Source of the DNA: Candidatus Limisoma gallistercoris
GTDB taxonomy: Bacteria; Bacteroidota; Bacteroidia; Bacteroidales; Muribaculaceae
Length of the DNA stretch: 62,085 nt
Direction of reading: 5' to 3'
Assembly (NCBI GenBank): GCA_018712365.1
Contig: DVHD01000113.1
Coordinates: 1-62,085 of the forward strand
In this document: piece after piece, positions 1-8,877 of the stretch
Layout of the letters: the number at the start of each line of letters is the position of its first letter
Numbering within the stretch: position 1 is the first letter of the stretch
Notes under the pieces: generated by a model
Told to the model about the DNA's origin: nothing
What the model saw: only the letters and a program-made list of their open reading frames with translations
The model's database searches: none
Position numbers and translations under genes: made by a program

Positions 1-71
1 GATCGAACCGGGATGGATTTTACTCCACTGGTGTTTGAGACCAGCGCGTCTACCAATTCCGCCATCTGGGC
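1..71 (-). tRNA. tRNA-Leu(CAA), 3' end cut by window edge
   Basis: Reverse complement reads GCCCAGATGGCGGAATTGGTAGACGCGCTGGTCTCAAACACCAGTGGAGTAAAATCCATCCCGGTTCGATC. It has an acceptor arm, a D arm, anticodon loop CT-CAA-AC, a long variable arm typical of Leu, and a T stem/loop that starts before the window ends. Confidence 0.85.
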
Positions 72-103
72 ATTAGCGTCCACGTAATTGGCTTTTGCGT
101 TTG

Positions 104-111
104 CAAAGGTA
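104..111 (-). promoter_or_regulatory. Bacteroidetes-type -7 box (TACCTTTG) upstream of tRNA-Leu
   Basis: Reverse complement of caaaggta is TACCTTTG, matching the TAnnTTTG consensus. It lies about 33 nt upstream of the tRNA 5' end. Confidence 0.5.
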
Positions 112-194
112 CGCCGAAAGTTTTTTCCGTGCAAGTTTTTCGGGAAATTTTTGCTAAAAATCTTGTGAGGTTTGGCTATTAGCCCGAAATGAGC

Positions 195-202
195 TAACTT
201 TG
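195..202 (+). promoter_or_regulatory. -7 box TAACTTTG upstream of tRNA-Arg
   Basis: Exact TAnnTTTG match 15 nt before the tRNA 5' end at 217. Confidence 0.5.
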
Positions 203-216
203 CCCCCTGAAAACAG

Positions 217-288
217 GCCTCTGTAGTTCAACGGATAGAATGGAAGTTTCCTAAACTTTAGATCCGAGTTCGATTCTCGGCGGAGGTA
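217..288 (+). tRNA. tRNA-Arg(CCT)
   Basis: A 72-nt cloverleaf folded by hand: acceptor GCCTCTG/CGGAGGT, D stem GTTC/GAAT, anticodon stem GAAGT/ACTTT with loop TT-CCT-AA, T arm CCGAG-TTCGATT-CTCGG, discriminator A. Confidence 0.8.
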
Positions 289-343
289 CAAATCCCTTTT
301 TACCCATAACCTTTAACCTTTTAACCCCCATTAACCTGTTTCA

Positions 344-1507
344 ATGGCTAATTCCAATTTCATCGATTATGTGAAGATTTTTTGCCGTTCAGGCAAAGGC
401 GGCGCGGGCTCGTGCCATTTCCACCGTGCAAAGTACGTACCGAAAGGCGGTCCCGACGGAGGTAACGGCGGAAGGGGAGGGCATATCATCCTGCGCGGCA
501 ACCGTAACCTGTGGACGCTTCTCCATCTGAAGTACCAGCGTCATGTGTTTGCCGGCGACGGTCAGGCCGGGTCGGAAGGTCGCAGTTCGGGCAAGGACGG
601 CGAGGACAGGGTGATTGAGGTGCCGTGCGGCACGGCTGTCTACGATGCCGATTCCGGAAAATTCCTTTGCGAGGTGACCGACGACGGACAGGAGGTGAAG
701 CTCCTGCGCGGCGGCCGCGGCGGGTTGGGCAACTGGAACTTCAAGTCGCCCACGAACCGTACGCCGCGCTATGCGCAGCCCGGCGAGCCGGCGATAGAGA
801 AGTCGGTGGTGCTTGAGCTGAAGCTGCTTGCCGATGTGGGTCTTGTGGGATTCCCGAACGCCGGGAAGTCGACTCTGCTGTCGTCGATTTCGGCGGCGAA
901 GCCTAAGATTGCCGATTATCCTTTCACTACGCTCGAGCCTAATCTCGGCATCGTGAGCTACCGCGGCGACCGCTCGTTTGTTATGGCCGACATTCCCGGC
1001 ATCATCGAGGGGGCGAGCGAGGGCAAGGGACTCGGGTTGCGTTTCCTGCGGCATATAGAGCGCAACGCGGTGCTTCTGTTCATGATTCCTGCCGACGCGG
1101 GCGACATCCGCCGGGAATATTCGATATTGCTCGGCGAGCTGGAGCGTTTCAACCCCGACCTTGTGAACAAGGGCCGTGTGCTGGCCATTACCAAATGCGA
1201 CATGCTCGACGACGAGCTTATCGACGAGATGCGCCATAGCGAGCTGCCCGACGGTGTGGAGACGGTTTTCATATCTTCTGTGACGGGCATGGGGCTTACG
1301 GAGCTGAAAGACGTGTTGTGGCGGACAATCAACGACGAGGACAACCGCATCCCGGCGCGTATCACCCACCGCGATCTTGACGTGAACCACCGTGTCGACG
1401 AGGAGGATGCTTTTGTGATAGAGCAGGAATCCGGCGATGAGGAGGAAGCGTGGGATGTGGAATGGCCTGAGGAATATTGGGCTGACGATTTCAAGGATGA
1501 AGATTGA
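344..1507 (+). CDS. obg: GTPase Obg/CgtA
   Basis: N-terminal glycine-rich Obg fold ([32 protein letters not shown]), G1 motif [10 protein letters not shown]3 motif DIPGIIEGA, and an acidic C-terminal tail. Confidence 0.95.
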   Translation: MANSNFIDYVKIFCRSGKGGAGSCHFHRAKYVPKGGPDGGNGGRGGHIILRGNRNLWTLLHLKYQRHVFAGDGQAGSEGRSSGKDGEDRVIEVPCGTAVYDADSGKFLCEVTDDGQEVKLLRGGRGGLGNWNFKSPTNRTPRYAQPGEPAIEKSVVLELKLLADVGLVGFPNAGKSTLLSSISAAKPKIADYPFTTLEPNLGIVSYRGDRSFVMADIPGIIEGASEGKGLGLRFLRHIERNAVLLFMIPADAGDIRREYSILLGELERFNPDLVNKGRVLAITKCDMLDDELIDEMRHSELPDGVETVFISSVTGMGLTELKDVLWRTINDEDNRIPARITHRDLDVNHRVDEEDAFVIEQESGDEEEAWDVEWPEEYWADDFKDED

Positions 1508-2267
1508 ACGCCTGTCTTTCCGTGACAACGGCTCCGCTTTCGCTTTTACCGCGGGGCGCGGCGGCGTTGATGCCAATGGCCCTTACTCCGGTTTCAACTG
1601 TTGCGGCTACGTTGGCGACGATTCACGGCATGTAGCCTCTTGCCGGGCGGAATTGTGCCGCGGGATAGGGCTGCCGGCGGGGCGGCTGATTACCGCGCGG
1701 CAGGTGCATGGCACGGATGTGGTTGTTGTCGGTTCTCCGGATTGTGTGCCCGGCGAGGCGGATGCTTTGGTGACGAGGTTGGAGGATGTCGCTGTCGGCG
1801 TTTTTACGGCCGACTGTGTCCCGATGCTTTTCTACGACAAGAAGGCTGGCGTTGTCGGTGCTGCCCATGCCGGCTGGAAGGGGACGATGAACGGCATAGC
1901 CAAGAATGTGGTGGCGGCGATGTCGGGGCTTGGCGCTTCTGCCGGCGGGATTCAGGTGGTTTTCGGGCCCTCGATATGCCAAGGATGCTTCGAGGTGGGC
2001 GACGAGGTGGTGGAGCAGTTCGGCGAGCGGGGATTGCCGCTTAGCGATATTGTTGTCAGGAATAAAGCCACGGGCAAGGCGCACATCGACCTTGTGGCTG
2101 CCAACGTATATTGGCTGCGTGAGTGCGGAGTGATGGAAGGGAATATGGTGCGTTCAGGCTTGTGTACACGGTGCAATCCCTCGCGGTTTTTCTCGGCGCG
2201 TGTGCTTGGCACGGCTTCAGGGCGGAATCTTACTGCCGTATTGCTGAAGCCGGAAGGGGGAATTTAA
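1497..2267 (+). CDS. pgeF: Peptidoglycan editing factor PgeF / YfiH (laccase-domain, DUF152) protein
   Basis: Motifs [29 protein letters not shown] and AHAGWKGT. Start moved to the ATG at 1497 (MKIERL), which overlaps the obg stop by 11 nt; the earlier ORF start lies inside obg. Confidence 0.85.
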   Translation: MKIERLSFRDNGSAFAFTAGRGGVDANGPYSGFNCCGYVGDDSRHVASCRAELCRGIGLPAGRLITARQVHGTDVVVVGSPDCVPGEADALVTRLEDVAVGVFTADCVPMLFYDKKAGVVGAAHAGWKGTMNGIAKNVVAAMSGLGASAGGIQVVFGPSICQGCFEVGDEVVEQFGERGLPLSDIVVRNKATGKAHIDLVAANVYWLRECGVMEGNMVRSGLCTRCNPSRFFSARVLGTASGRNLTAVLLKPEGGI

Positions 2268-2599
2268 CGTCAGTTCGATAAGGAAATTTAAAGGCTTGCT
2301 CTGTCAAAGCATCATTATACAGTCTTATAAACCTCGCATATAGCGCAAACGTCACGGTGCGCAGCCTTGATAAGGCTGGTGTGCCTACCGCTCCACTCCG
2401 ACGGCTGAAGCCACCAGTTAACTGTGCGAAGCCTCTTTGAGGCTTTTGTCTGTCAAGCAAATACTTATATCTTATCCTTTGGCTTGTGAAAAAATATTCT
2501 TTATATCGAACTGTTGGTATCCGCTGAAAAGTCAGGGAGTAGTTGCATTGTGTTCATTCAAAGAGGCTTAATATGCCTCTGTGTGGAGACGGTTTGTCT

Positions 2600-2815
2600 T
2601 TGGGATAAGAGAAACTCGTGGAGGTCGCACTTTAAAGTTCAGAGTTGAAAGTTTAGAGTTGAGAGAGGTGCATACTCTCAACATTCAACACTCTACTCTC
2701 AACTCTTACAGACCTCCACGAGGCCGATTTCTTTGTCAGCCACCTGACCACCGCCAAGGCGGCGGGTTACTCGGCAACAGCCCCCACGGGGCTGGCTTCA
2801 TCGGCGGTGGCGCAT
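2600..2815. repeat. X-family intergenic repeat, copy with an expanded apical loop
   Basis: Shares GGGATAAGAGA..CTCGTGGAGGTC..GACCTCCACGAGGCCGATTTCTTTG..GGGTTACTCGGCAACAGCCCCCACGGGGCTGGCTTCATCG with 60754-60912. Partial copies are at 29270-29378 and 52180-52275. Confidence 0.7.
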
Positions 2816-2861
2816 TACACTCCATAAACCGAATCCCTTGATTTTTTAGCGGACAGCAATA

Positions 2862-2899
2862 ATAAAAAATACAGGCTGTGGCATCGTGCCACAGCCTGT
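2862..2899 (-). terminator. Rho-independent terminator of rplU-rpmA
   Basis: A 13-bp perfect hairpin ACAGGCTGTGGCA-tcg-TGCCACAGCCTGT, followed on the minus strand by ATTTTTTATT. It lies 26 nt after the rpmA stop. Confidence 0.75.
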
Positions 2900-2924
2900 A
2901 TTAAACGTTTTGCGCGGAACTTCC

Positions 2925-3200
2925 TTAGTTCTGCTCTTCTGCCGGTACTTCAACAGGGTTGATGTTGATGTACTTGCGGCCTTTCCTTTCGGAGAAAGCC
3001 ACTGTACCGTCGATGAGCGCGTACAATGTGTGGTCACGGCCCATTCCTACGTTAACGCCCGGATGGTGCACTGTGCCGCGCTGGCGCTTGATGATATTGC
3101 CGGCTTTTGCATATTGACCACCGAACAATTTGATGCCCAATCGTTTGCTTTCTGACTCACGACCGTTCTTCGAACTACCTACACCTTTTTTATGTGCCAT
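2925..3200 (-). CDS. rpmA: 50S ribosomal protein L27
   Basis: [29 protein letters not shown] is the canonical L27 N-terminus. Confidence 0.97.
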   Translation of the reverse strand: MAHKKGVGSSKNGRESESKRLGIKLFGGQYAKAGNIIKRQRGTVHHPGVNVGMGRDHTLYALIDGTVAFSERKGRKYININPVEVPAEEQN

Positions 3201-3219
3201 TTCTTTCCGTTTTTAGTGG

Positions 3220-3540
3220 TTATGCAACTACGTCTTTAATCACAATCTGGGTGAAATACTGGCGGTGACCGTTCCAACGGCGATAGCCTTTGCGGCGTTT
3301 CTTCTTGAAGACGATTACCTTGTCACCTTTCACGAGGGGACGTTTAACCTCGCAAACTACTTTTGCCCCTTCCACGGTAGGAGCGCCGATTTTTACGGCA
3401 CCGTCGGCATCTACAAGGAGAACTTTGTCGAAATCAACTTTGTCGCCTTCTTTCACGTTCTCGCCGAGATAGTGGACATACAGGAATTTTCCGGCTTCTG
3501 CCTTGAACTGCTGTCCCTGAATTTCTACAATTGCGTACAT
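3220..3540 (-). CDS. rplU: 50S ribosomal protein L21
   Basis: [18 protein letters not shown] is typical of L21, and the gene sits immediately upstream of rpmA in the usual operon order. Confidence 0.97.
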   Translation of the reverse strand: MYAIVEIQGQQFKAEAGKFLYVHYLGENVKEGDKVDFDKVLLVDADGAVKIGAPTVEGAKVVCEVKRPLVKGDKVIVFKKKRRKGYRRWNGHRQYFTQIVIKDVVA

Positions 3541-3628
3541 TGTTTTTAGATAGAAATTTACAAATTAACCCGTGAGGCGGACGCGCCGCTTCGCGCGTCT
3601 CTTTTCGAGCCTATTCGGAATAAGCGCA

Positions 3629-3636
3629 CAAAAGTA
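3629..3636 (-). promoter_or_regulatory. -7 box TACTTTTG for rplU-rpmA
   Basis: Reverse complement of caaaagta matches TAnnTTTG. It lies about 90 nt upstream of the rplU ATG, and the leader contains a GC hairpin GACGCGCGAAGCGGCGCGTC. Confidence 0.5.
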
Positions 3637-3727
3637 CGGAATATTTTCCATCTGTGCAACATCCCGCGCTGGTTTGTGCTGAAAAAATTTTGTATTGAAA
3701 ATTCAGGAAGGCTTTAATGGGAAATGC

Positions 3728-6700
3728 TTATGCCGGAAAATTCAGATTATCGGTGTATGTTTTATTGAGGACTGGTTGTGTTGAGAGTGACAGATCAGCC
3801 AAGAGTACCGCCGTTTCTTCTGTGTCTTTCGGCGCGTCTTTCGGCTTCCACGCAACGATGAACCTTACGGAGGCAGAGGCTACTTCATATCCTTTTTCTT
3901 TCCATTCCGTAAGTTCGGCTTGCATCTTTTGCGACAGTTTTGCGACCGGTTTACCCTCTATATTGTATAATGTAAAGCCATGGTACTTGAGCCTGTCCCC
4001 GCTTCTTAGCGACAATACGTCTCTCTTTATGTTTTTAAAAGCTCCTAAATTGACATCCTTGTGGGATAGTTGCAGGACAATTTCTTCCGGCATATTGTAT
4101 TGTGTCCTGTCAACGTTATGCCTGTCCGCTTTCAAGTTGTCAAAACAACCGCTGTTTGTATGGATTGATAACTGCTTTTTTGCGCGTGTAATTCCCACAT
4201 AGTATCGCCGCATCAGGTTCGCGTCTTTAGAGAAATTGCCGGAAAGCAGCATGTATACATTGTCGAATTCCCTGCCTTTCGCTTTGTGGATGGTCGATAC
4301 TGTCATGCCGGAGCCGTCAGTGTCGCAGAAGTCCTCTACAGATGATTCGAATACATATTCTTTGAAGTCGCTTATGTACTTTGCCCTGTTGGTTTGCTCG
4401 AAAAGTTGCATGCAGCGTTTCACGTATGCAAGGCTTACGCTTCTGCCGTAGTAGGTGAGTGTCGCTTGTTTTGCCTCGTTCCACAACACTTCGGGTATGC
4501 GCGGTGTTTTTATCCGCTTGCCGATATATCTTATGAAATATTTTATTTCAGCCATATTAAAAAAGCGGAATCCGTCCATCGACTGGATAAGGTTGCTGTT
4601 TATGCCATTTTTACGCAAAAGGGCATTGACGGTTACCGCTTCTTCGTTTGTCTGGGTGAGTATGCACGACGTTCCGGGAAGGCTGTCCTCTAAAATCTCG
4701 TTTACAAGCGGCTGGTACATGTAGTTTGAATAATGGCGTGTTATTGTCACCTGTCCATTTTCTTTTTGCATTGATATGATTGGTGTGCGTTTCATCCTTT
4801 GTCCGATTTTGCCCACGAATCCGTTGGCAAAATCAACCAAATGCCGGCTGCTGCGGTAATTTTCGGTCATTTCGACAATTTTGCTGCCGGGCATTTTTGA
4901 CAGTTGGTACATATATTTGGAGTCTGAACCCCGGAAATCAAAAATGTTTTGATCGTCGTCGCCTACGGCTATTACACGCATTTCCTCGTTGTGTGCCATA
5001 AGAGCTTCCACAAGTGCGTATTCTGAGGCACCCATGTCTTGTGCCTCGTCAATTACCAATACTGTTTTCCCTATTCTGTTGGGCTCCACTTCCCCTTGTC
5101 CGATCATTCCGGCAGCTTTTGCAACCACGTCCTTGGCATCTTCAAGATTGCCTATCCGTCCTAAAAGGTCGAAGCAATATGAATGGAAAGTCTTTATTTC
5201 GACAAAATGTGCAGCATTGCCGATAAGTTCCATAAGGCGCTGCTTGAACTCTGTCGCTGCCGCTCTTGAGAATGTAAGCATAAGGAGCTGCTCGTGTTTC
5301 ACGTCTTCGAGTAGCAGCAGGGAAGCAAGTTTATGCACAAGCACGCGTGTCTTTCCGCTGCCCGGTCCGGCTGCCACGACGATGCAGCGTGAATCCTTGT
5401 CGGAGATTATTTCCATTTGGCGTTTTGACAGCTGGTTGAACAATTGCTTGTATTTTTGCGGGGTGAGGTTTAGCTGTATCTCGTTGATTCTCTCTCCTTT
5501 GAAATATTTTGTGATGAATTTCTTGTAGTCCATATGGAAATAGTCATGTACGTATTCCAAAGCCGCGTCATAGTCCTTTACCATCAGATTGGCATATTCG
5601 CCTACGATATGTATTTGTTGGATTTTCTGCCGGTAGAATTCGTTAAGCATCCGGTAGTCCTCCTGTTTGTATCTCGTCTTGCTGTCTTTTGTCCGTCTTA
5701 TGTCCATTGCATTGTAGAGGACAAGAAATCCCCCTTCGAGTTTCAGCACACCGATTTTCGACAGGTACAGCAGGGCTTCTTCCACATCTTCTATCTGGAT
5801 GTCGTCGTGCCGGTTGAAAAGCGATTGTCCTTCTGCTTTAAATTTGTTTAATAGCTCCACTACGGAGAATTTGACAGCTATTTCTTGTTGTCCGTTTTTC
5901 TCGGCATCATCAGCTGTTCTGTATAACCATTCTATTGCAAAACGGCTTATTTCCAGCCTTTTTTCAAACCGTTTGGAGATTGATTCCAAATCTGTCTGGC
6001 GGCTTATCTCCATATTGTGTGCCGTATCCTCTTTTTTGCGGGTGTAGCCCTTTATGGAAAGGAAATACAGCAGTGTCAGTATGTCCTTTTCTTTTGAGGA
6101 GGTAATGCCGTCTTTCACGGCATTGTCGTTGAGTTGTTTGCAGGATATGTGCAATGCCCCGTCGGGTATGCAGCTTACTATGTATTGCTCTAACTTCGCA
6201 AAATGTTCAAGCAGCGACAATGATTTACGTTCCGGCTTCCCAAAATTCGGCAAATATGCGGAAATGTCCTTGCTGTCGGCTAAGATGCCGTCCTGTCGCA
6301 TCCGTTCTACAGCCGAAACGACTTCCTTTTTTGTCAGTCCCAGTATGTCGGCCAGATAGTCGATGCGTGATTCCGCCTCTGAGTTTTGGGCTTTTGATAT
6401 GTATTTCTGTGAAATGAGCGACTTGATTATCCTGACAGCTTGTTCTATCTCGTTTTTGTCAAAAAGGAGGGATTTTGATAGGCGTGTTCTCGCCTCGTCC
6501 ATATTCTTGACGGTTATGCCTGTCGCATAGACGTGTGGCACATTGTTGCCTCTTGTCAGATAGCCGTTTTGCTCAAGTGTCGCCAAGGCAGTGCGTACAC
6601 GAGTCTCAATGTCATGCACCGAGTCGTCCCATCCTGCCTGACGTGCGATTTCCAATGCGGAGCAGCATACTCTCGGGCGTTGTTTCGTCATATCTTTCAC

Positions 6701-8647
6701 GGCTTTCCATATTTGCTGTATTTCGCTGATGCTCAGCTTGGTCTGATTGAGCAGTATGAAATGCTTGTCAAGGTCGTTGTCGTTGTAAAGTACGTAGCAT
6801 CGTGCGCTTAGACTTGGGTCACGTCCCGCTCTTCCGGCTTCCTGCACATAATTTTCCAAAGAGTCGGAAATGTCGTAGTGCACCACAAGTCCCACATCCT
6901 GTTTATCAACTCCCATCCCGAATGCGGATGTGGCCACTATGATGTCCACTTGGCCCTTCATAAACTTGTCTTGGTTGGAAATTTTTTCGTCAGATTCCAT
7001 TTTGCCGTTGAAGGGCAATGCTTTGTATCCGTCTCGGGTCAGTTTTGCGGCCAATTCTTTTGTGCGTTTTGTGCGTGAGACATAAATTATTGTCGGGCAA
7101 TTGGCTTCGGCGACAAGGCTTCTGAGTTTTAAGTACTTTTCATTGTCGGTTTCCGTATGTATAACGGAATACCGCAGATTTGTCCGTGAGGCGGTCGAGG
7201 CAAACAGTTTCAGGTCTAAATCCAATGTCTGCCTGAAATAGTCGCAGATGTCCTGCACTACTTTCTGCTTTGCGGTGGCCGTAAAGCATGACACAGGTAT
7301 CGGATTGTGGCATTTTTTCTTCTGCTGGTATTCCTTGATGAATTTTCCTATGTAAAGGTAGTCTACTCTGAAGTCCTGTCCCCATGAAGAGAAGCAGTGT
7401 GCCTCGTCAATCACGAACCTTACAATGTGGCGCGCCATCAAAATCCGTTCGATGGTTTTTGAACGGAGCATTTCTGGTGATATGTATAATAAGGAGGCTT
7501 CCCCATCCCTCACTCTGTTGATTGACAATGCCCTGTTTATCGGGTCTAACAGCCCATTTATCGTGACGGCATCCGTGATGCCGCGTTCTGCAAGGTTGTC
7601 GACTTGGTCTTTCATCAGCGACTGCAGCGGTGAGATGACGACCGTAAGCCCATGTACGGTGCGTCCCTCGATTAATGCCGGCAATTGGAAAGTGAGCGAT
7701 TTCCCTCCTCCTGTCGGAAATATTGCGAGTAGGGATTTGCCATCAACGGCCGCTTGCACGGCTTGCTCCTGAAGCGTCTCTCCTGCAAATGTGCGGAATT
7801 GTCCATATCCGAAAAAGGATTTTAAATTTGAGTGTATGTCCAGTTGTGTGCCGCAATAGTTGCAGTCTCTGCCGCAGGCGGTGTGTCTTAGCAGTCTTAT
7901 GACAAATTCCACGTCGGGATAATTATTTAGCACCCATCCGGGGGTGATTGAACGGTAATCGGAAGTATCGACAAGAGCTAATGCGTATGCCAATTCGCAC
8001 GGATATTTTGTGATTATCATATCAAAGTCTGCATGTTGGCATATTCTCCCTTTGTAAGTGTTGATTATCAGCTCTGGCAGATTGCCGCTTGTGCCTCCGG
8101 CTTCTACCATCTGGAGAAATCCTGAGAACTCTTCTTTACCGTCGAGCAAGGATGCGAATATTTGTTGCTTTTCTTTCGGGAGATGGTTCCAGCGTTCTAT
8201 TTCGTCCATAAGCAAATCTTTCGCTTTTTCGCAATCGTTTACCGGATTGTTGATTTGCTCGCTGATTATTTTGTCGTCTTTTAATAGCCTGTGGTAGGGG
8301 CGTTCAGGGAACAACAGTGGCGACATATAAAGCGTGTCTACGAGGAGATATGCCGGTATGTATTCGTTGAACAGGTATTTTGCGTCGTGATGTATGATAT
8401 TGTGTCCACAAACATAATCAACTCCGTTCAAAAAATCAAGCAGTCTTTCTTTTGATGCTTTATGGAATATAGCACCGTCGTACCTGATAGCTCCTATGTC
8501 GTGGATTTTGCGGTCGGTAATGCCTACTTCGGCATCTATTACGGCATATTTGGAAGCATCGTATTTTTTAGGCACGGTATTGTTTCCGCTGACATTTGCT
8601 GTGCCATCAGAATTTTTAATTCCCCATAGTTTGTTCCATATAGACAT
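3728..8647 (-). CDS. 1639-aa fusion of a DEDD-type 3'-5' exonuclease, a RecQ-family SF2 helicase core and a UvrD/PcrA-type SF1 helicase
   Basis: Residues ~33-150 carry VIDAEV and GHNIIHHD (exonuclease motifs). Residues ~280-630 carry PTGGGKS, VIDEAHCFSSWGQDFR, FTATA, SAFGMGVD and QEAGRAGRD (RecQ). Residues ~1075-1500 carry AAGPGSGKT, VLVIDEAQDM, VGDDDQNIF, TIHKAKGREFD and YVGITRAKK (UvrD-like). Confidence 0.9.
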   Translation of the reverse strand: MSIWNKLWGIKNSDGTANVSGNNTVPKKYDASKYAVIDAEVGITDRKIHDIGAIRYDGAIFHKASKERLLDFLNGVDYVCGHNIIHHDAKYLFNEYIPAYLLVDTLYMSPLLFPERPYHRLLKDDKIISEQINNPVNDCEKAKDLLMDEIERWNHLPKEKQQIFASLLDGKEEFSGFLQMVEAGGTSGNLPELIINTYKGRICQHADFDMIITKYPCELAYALALVDTSDYRSITPGWVLNNYPDVEFVIRLLRHTACGRDCNYCGTQLDIHSNLKSFFGYGQFRTFAGETLQEQAVQAAVDGKSLLAIFPTGGGKSLTFQLPALIEGRTVHGLTVVISPLQSLMKDQVDNLAERGITDAVTINGLLDPINRALSINRVRDGEASLLYISPEMLRSKTIERILMARHIVRFVIDEAHCFSSWGQDFRVDYLYIGKFIKEYQQKKKCHNPIPVSCFTATAKQKVVQDICDYFRQTLDLDLKLFASTASRTNLRYSVIHTETDNEKYLKLRSLVAEANCPTIIYVSRTKRTKELAAKLTRDGYKALPFNGKMESDEKISNQDKFMKGQVDIIVATSAFGMGVDKQDVGLVVHYDISDSLENYVQEAGRAGRDPSLSARCYVLYNDNDLDKHFILLNQTKLSISEIQQIWKAVKDMTKQRPRVCCSALEIARQAGWDDSVHDIETRVRTALATLEQNGYLTRGNNVPHVYATGITVKNMDEARTRLSKSLLFDKNEIEQAVRIIKSLISQKYISKAQNSEAESRIDYLADILGLTKKEVVSAVERMRQDGILADSKDISAYLPNFGKPERKSLSLLEHFAKLEQYIVSCIPDGALHISCKQLNDNAVKDGITSSKEKDILTLLYFLSIKGYTRKKEDTAHNMEISRQTDLESISKRFEKRLEISRFAIEWLYRTADDAEKNGQQEIAVKFSVVELLNKFKAEGQSLFNRHDDIQIEDVEEALLYLSKIGVLKLEGGFLVLYNAMDIRRTKDSKTRYKQEDYRMLNEFYRQKIQQIHIVGEYANLMVKDYDAALEYVHDYFHMDYKKFITKYFKGERINEIQLNLTPQKYKQLFNQLSKRQMEIISDKDSRCIVVAAGPGSGKTRVLVHKLASLLLLEDVKHEQLLMLTFSRAAATEFKQRLMELIGNAAHFVEIKTFHSYCFDLLGRIGNLEDAKDVVAKAAGMIGQGEVEPNRIGKTVLVIDEAQDMGASEYALVEALMAHNEEMRVIAVGDDDQNIFDFRGSDSKYMYQLSKMPGSKIVEMTENYRSSRHLVDFANGFVGKIGQRMKRTPIISMQKENGQVTITRHYSNYMYQPLVNEILEDSLPGTSCILTQTNEEAVTVNALLRKNGINSNLIQSMDGFRFFNMAEIKYFIRYIGKRIKTPRIPEVLWNEAKQATLTYYGRSVSLAYVKRCMQLFEQTNRAKYISDFKEYVFESSVEDFCDTDGSGMTVSTIHKAKGREFDNVYMLLSGNFSKDANLMRRYYVGITRAKKQLSIHTNSGCFDNLKADRHNVDRTQYNMPEEIVLQLSHKDVNLGAFKNIKRDVLSLRSGDRLKYHGFTLYNIEGKPVAKLSQKMQAELTEWKEKGYEVASASVRFIVAWKPKDAPKDTEETAVLLADLSLSTQPVLNKTYTDNLNFPA

Positions 8648-8677
8648 TATTCAATAATGGTAAGTTGGTTTATGTTA

Positions 8678-8685
8678 CAAATTTA
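8678..8685 (-). promoter_or_regulatory. -7 box TAAATTTG for the helicase fusion gene
   Basis: Reverse complement of caaattta matches TAnnTTTG, about 31 nt upstream of the ATG at 8647. Confidence 0.45.
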
Positions 8686-8821
8686 AGCAAAAAGGATGTT
8701 GTTCATTGTATTGATGGTAAAATATTTGTCATTTAATGCCATGATGTTTCAGACTTATGAATTCTGATTTTTTCGGGCACGGTTTTTGTTGTGATTGGAC
8801 GGAAGATAGCAAATTATTGGC

Positions 8822-8829
8822 TACCTTTG
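8822..8829 (+). promoter_or_regulatory. -7 box TACCTTTG for gpmI
   Basis: Exact TAnnTTTG match 49 nt upstream of the ATG at 8878. Confidence 0.55.
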
Positions 8830-8877
8830 CACCCGGAATGATTGAATACGGAAAAACGAACTAAAAAACAGAATAAT

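Noticed and set aside
389-1576. 395-aa ORF antisense to obg
   Set aside because: It lies entirely within the obg/pgeF coding region on the opposite strand. It has an Arg/His/Ala/Leu-rich low-information composition typical of antisense frames in GC-rich genes, and no motif or promoter box.
2268-2460. Known housekeeping ncRNA (SRP RNA, RNase P, tmRNA, 6S) in the pgeF-rpmA gap
   Set aside because: None of the conserved core motifs I know is present (for example GGAAAGUCCGGGC for RNase P, the SRP domain IV GGAA/AGCA loops, or a tRNA-like tmRNA end). It is kept only as an unassigned structured stretch.
2581-2841. Short ORFs lying inside repeat elements (also 20720-20923, 33338-33566, 52157-52425, 60784-61038)
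   Set aside because: They are made of repeat DNA with palindromic structure. Their frames are not conserved between repeat copies.
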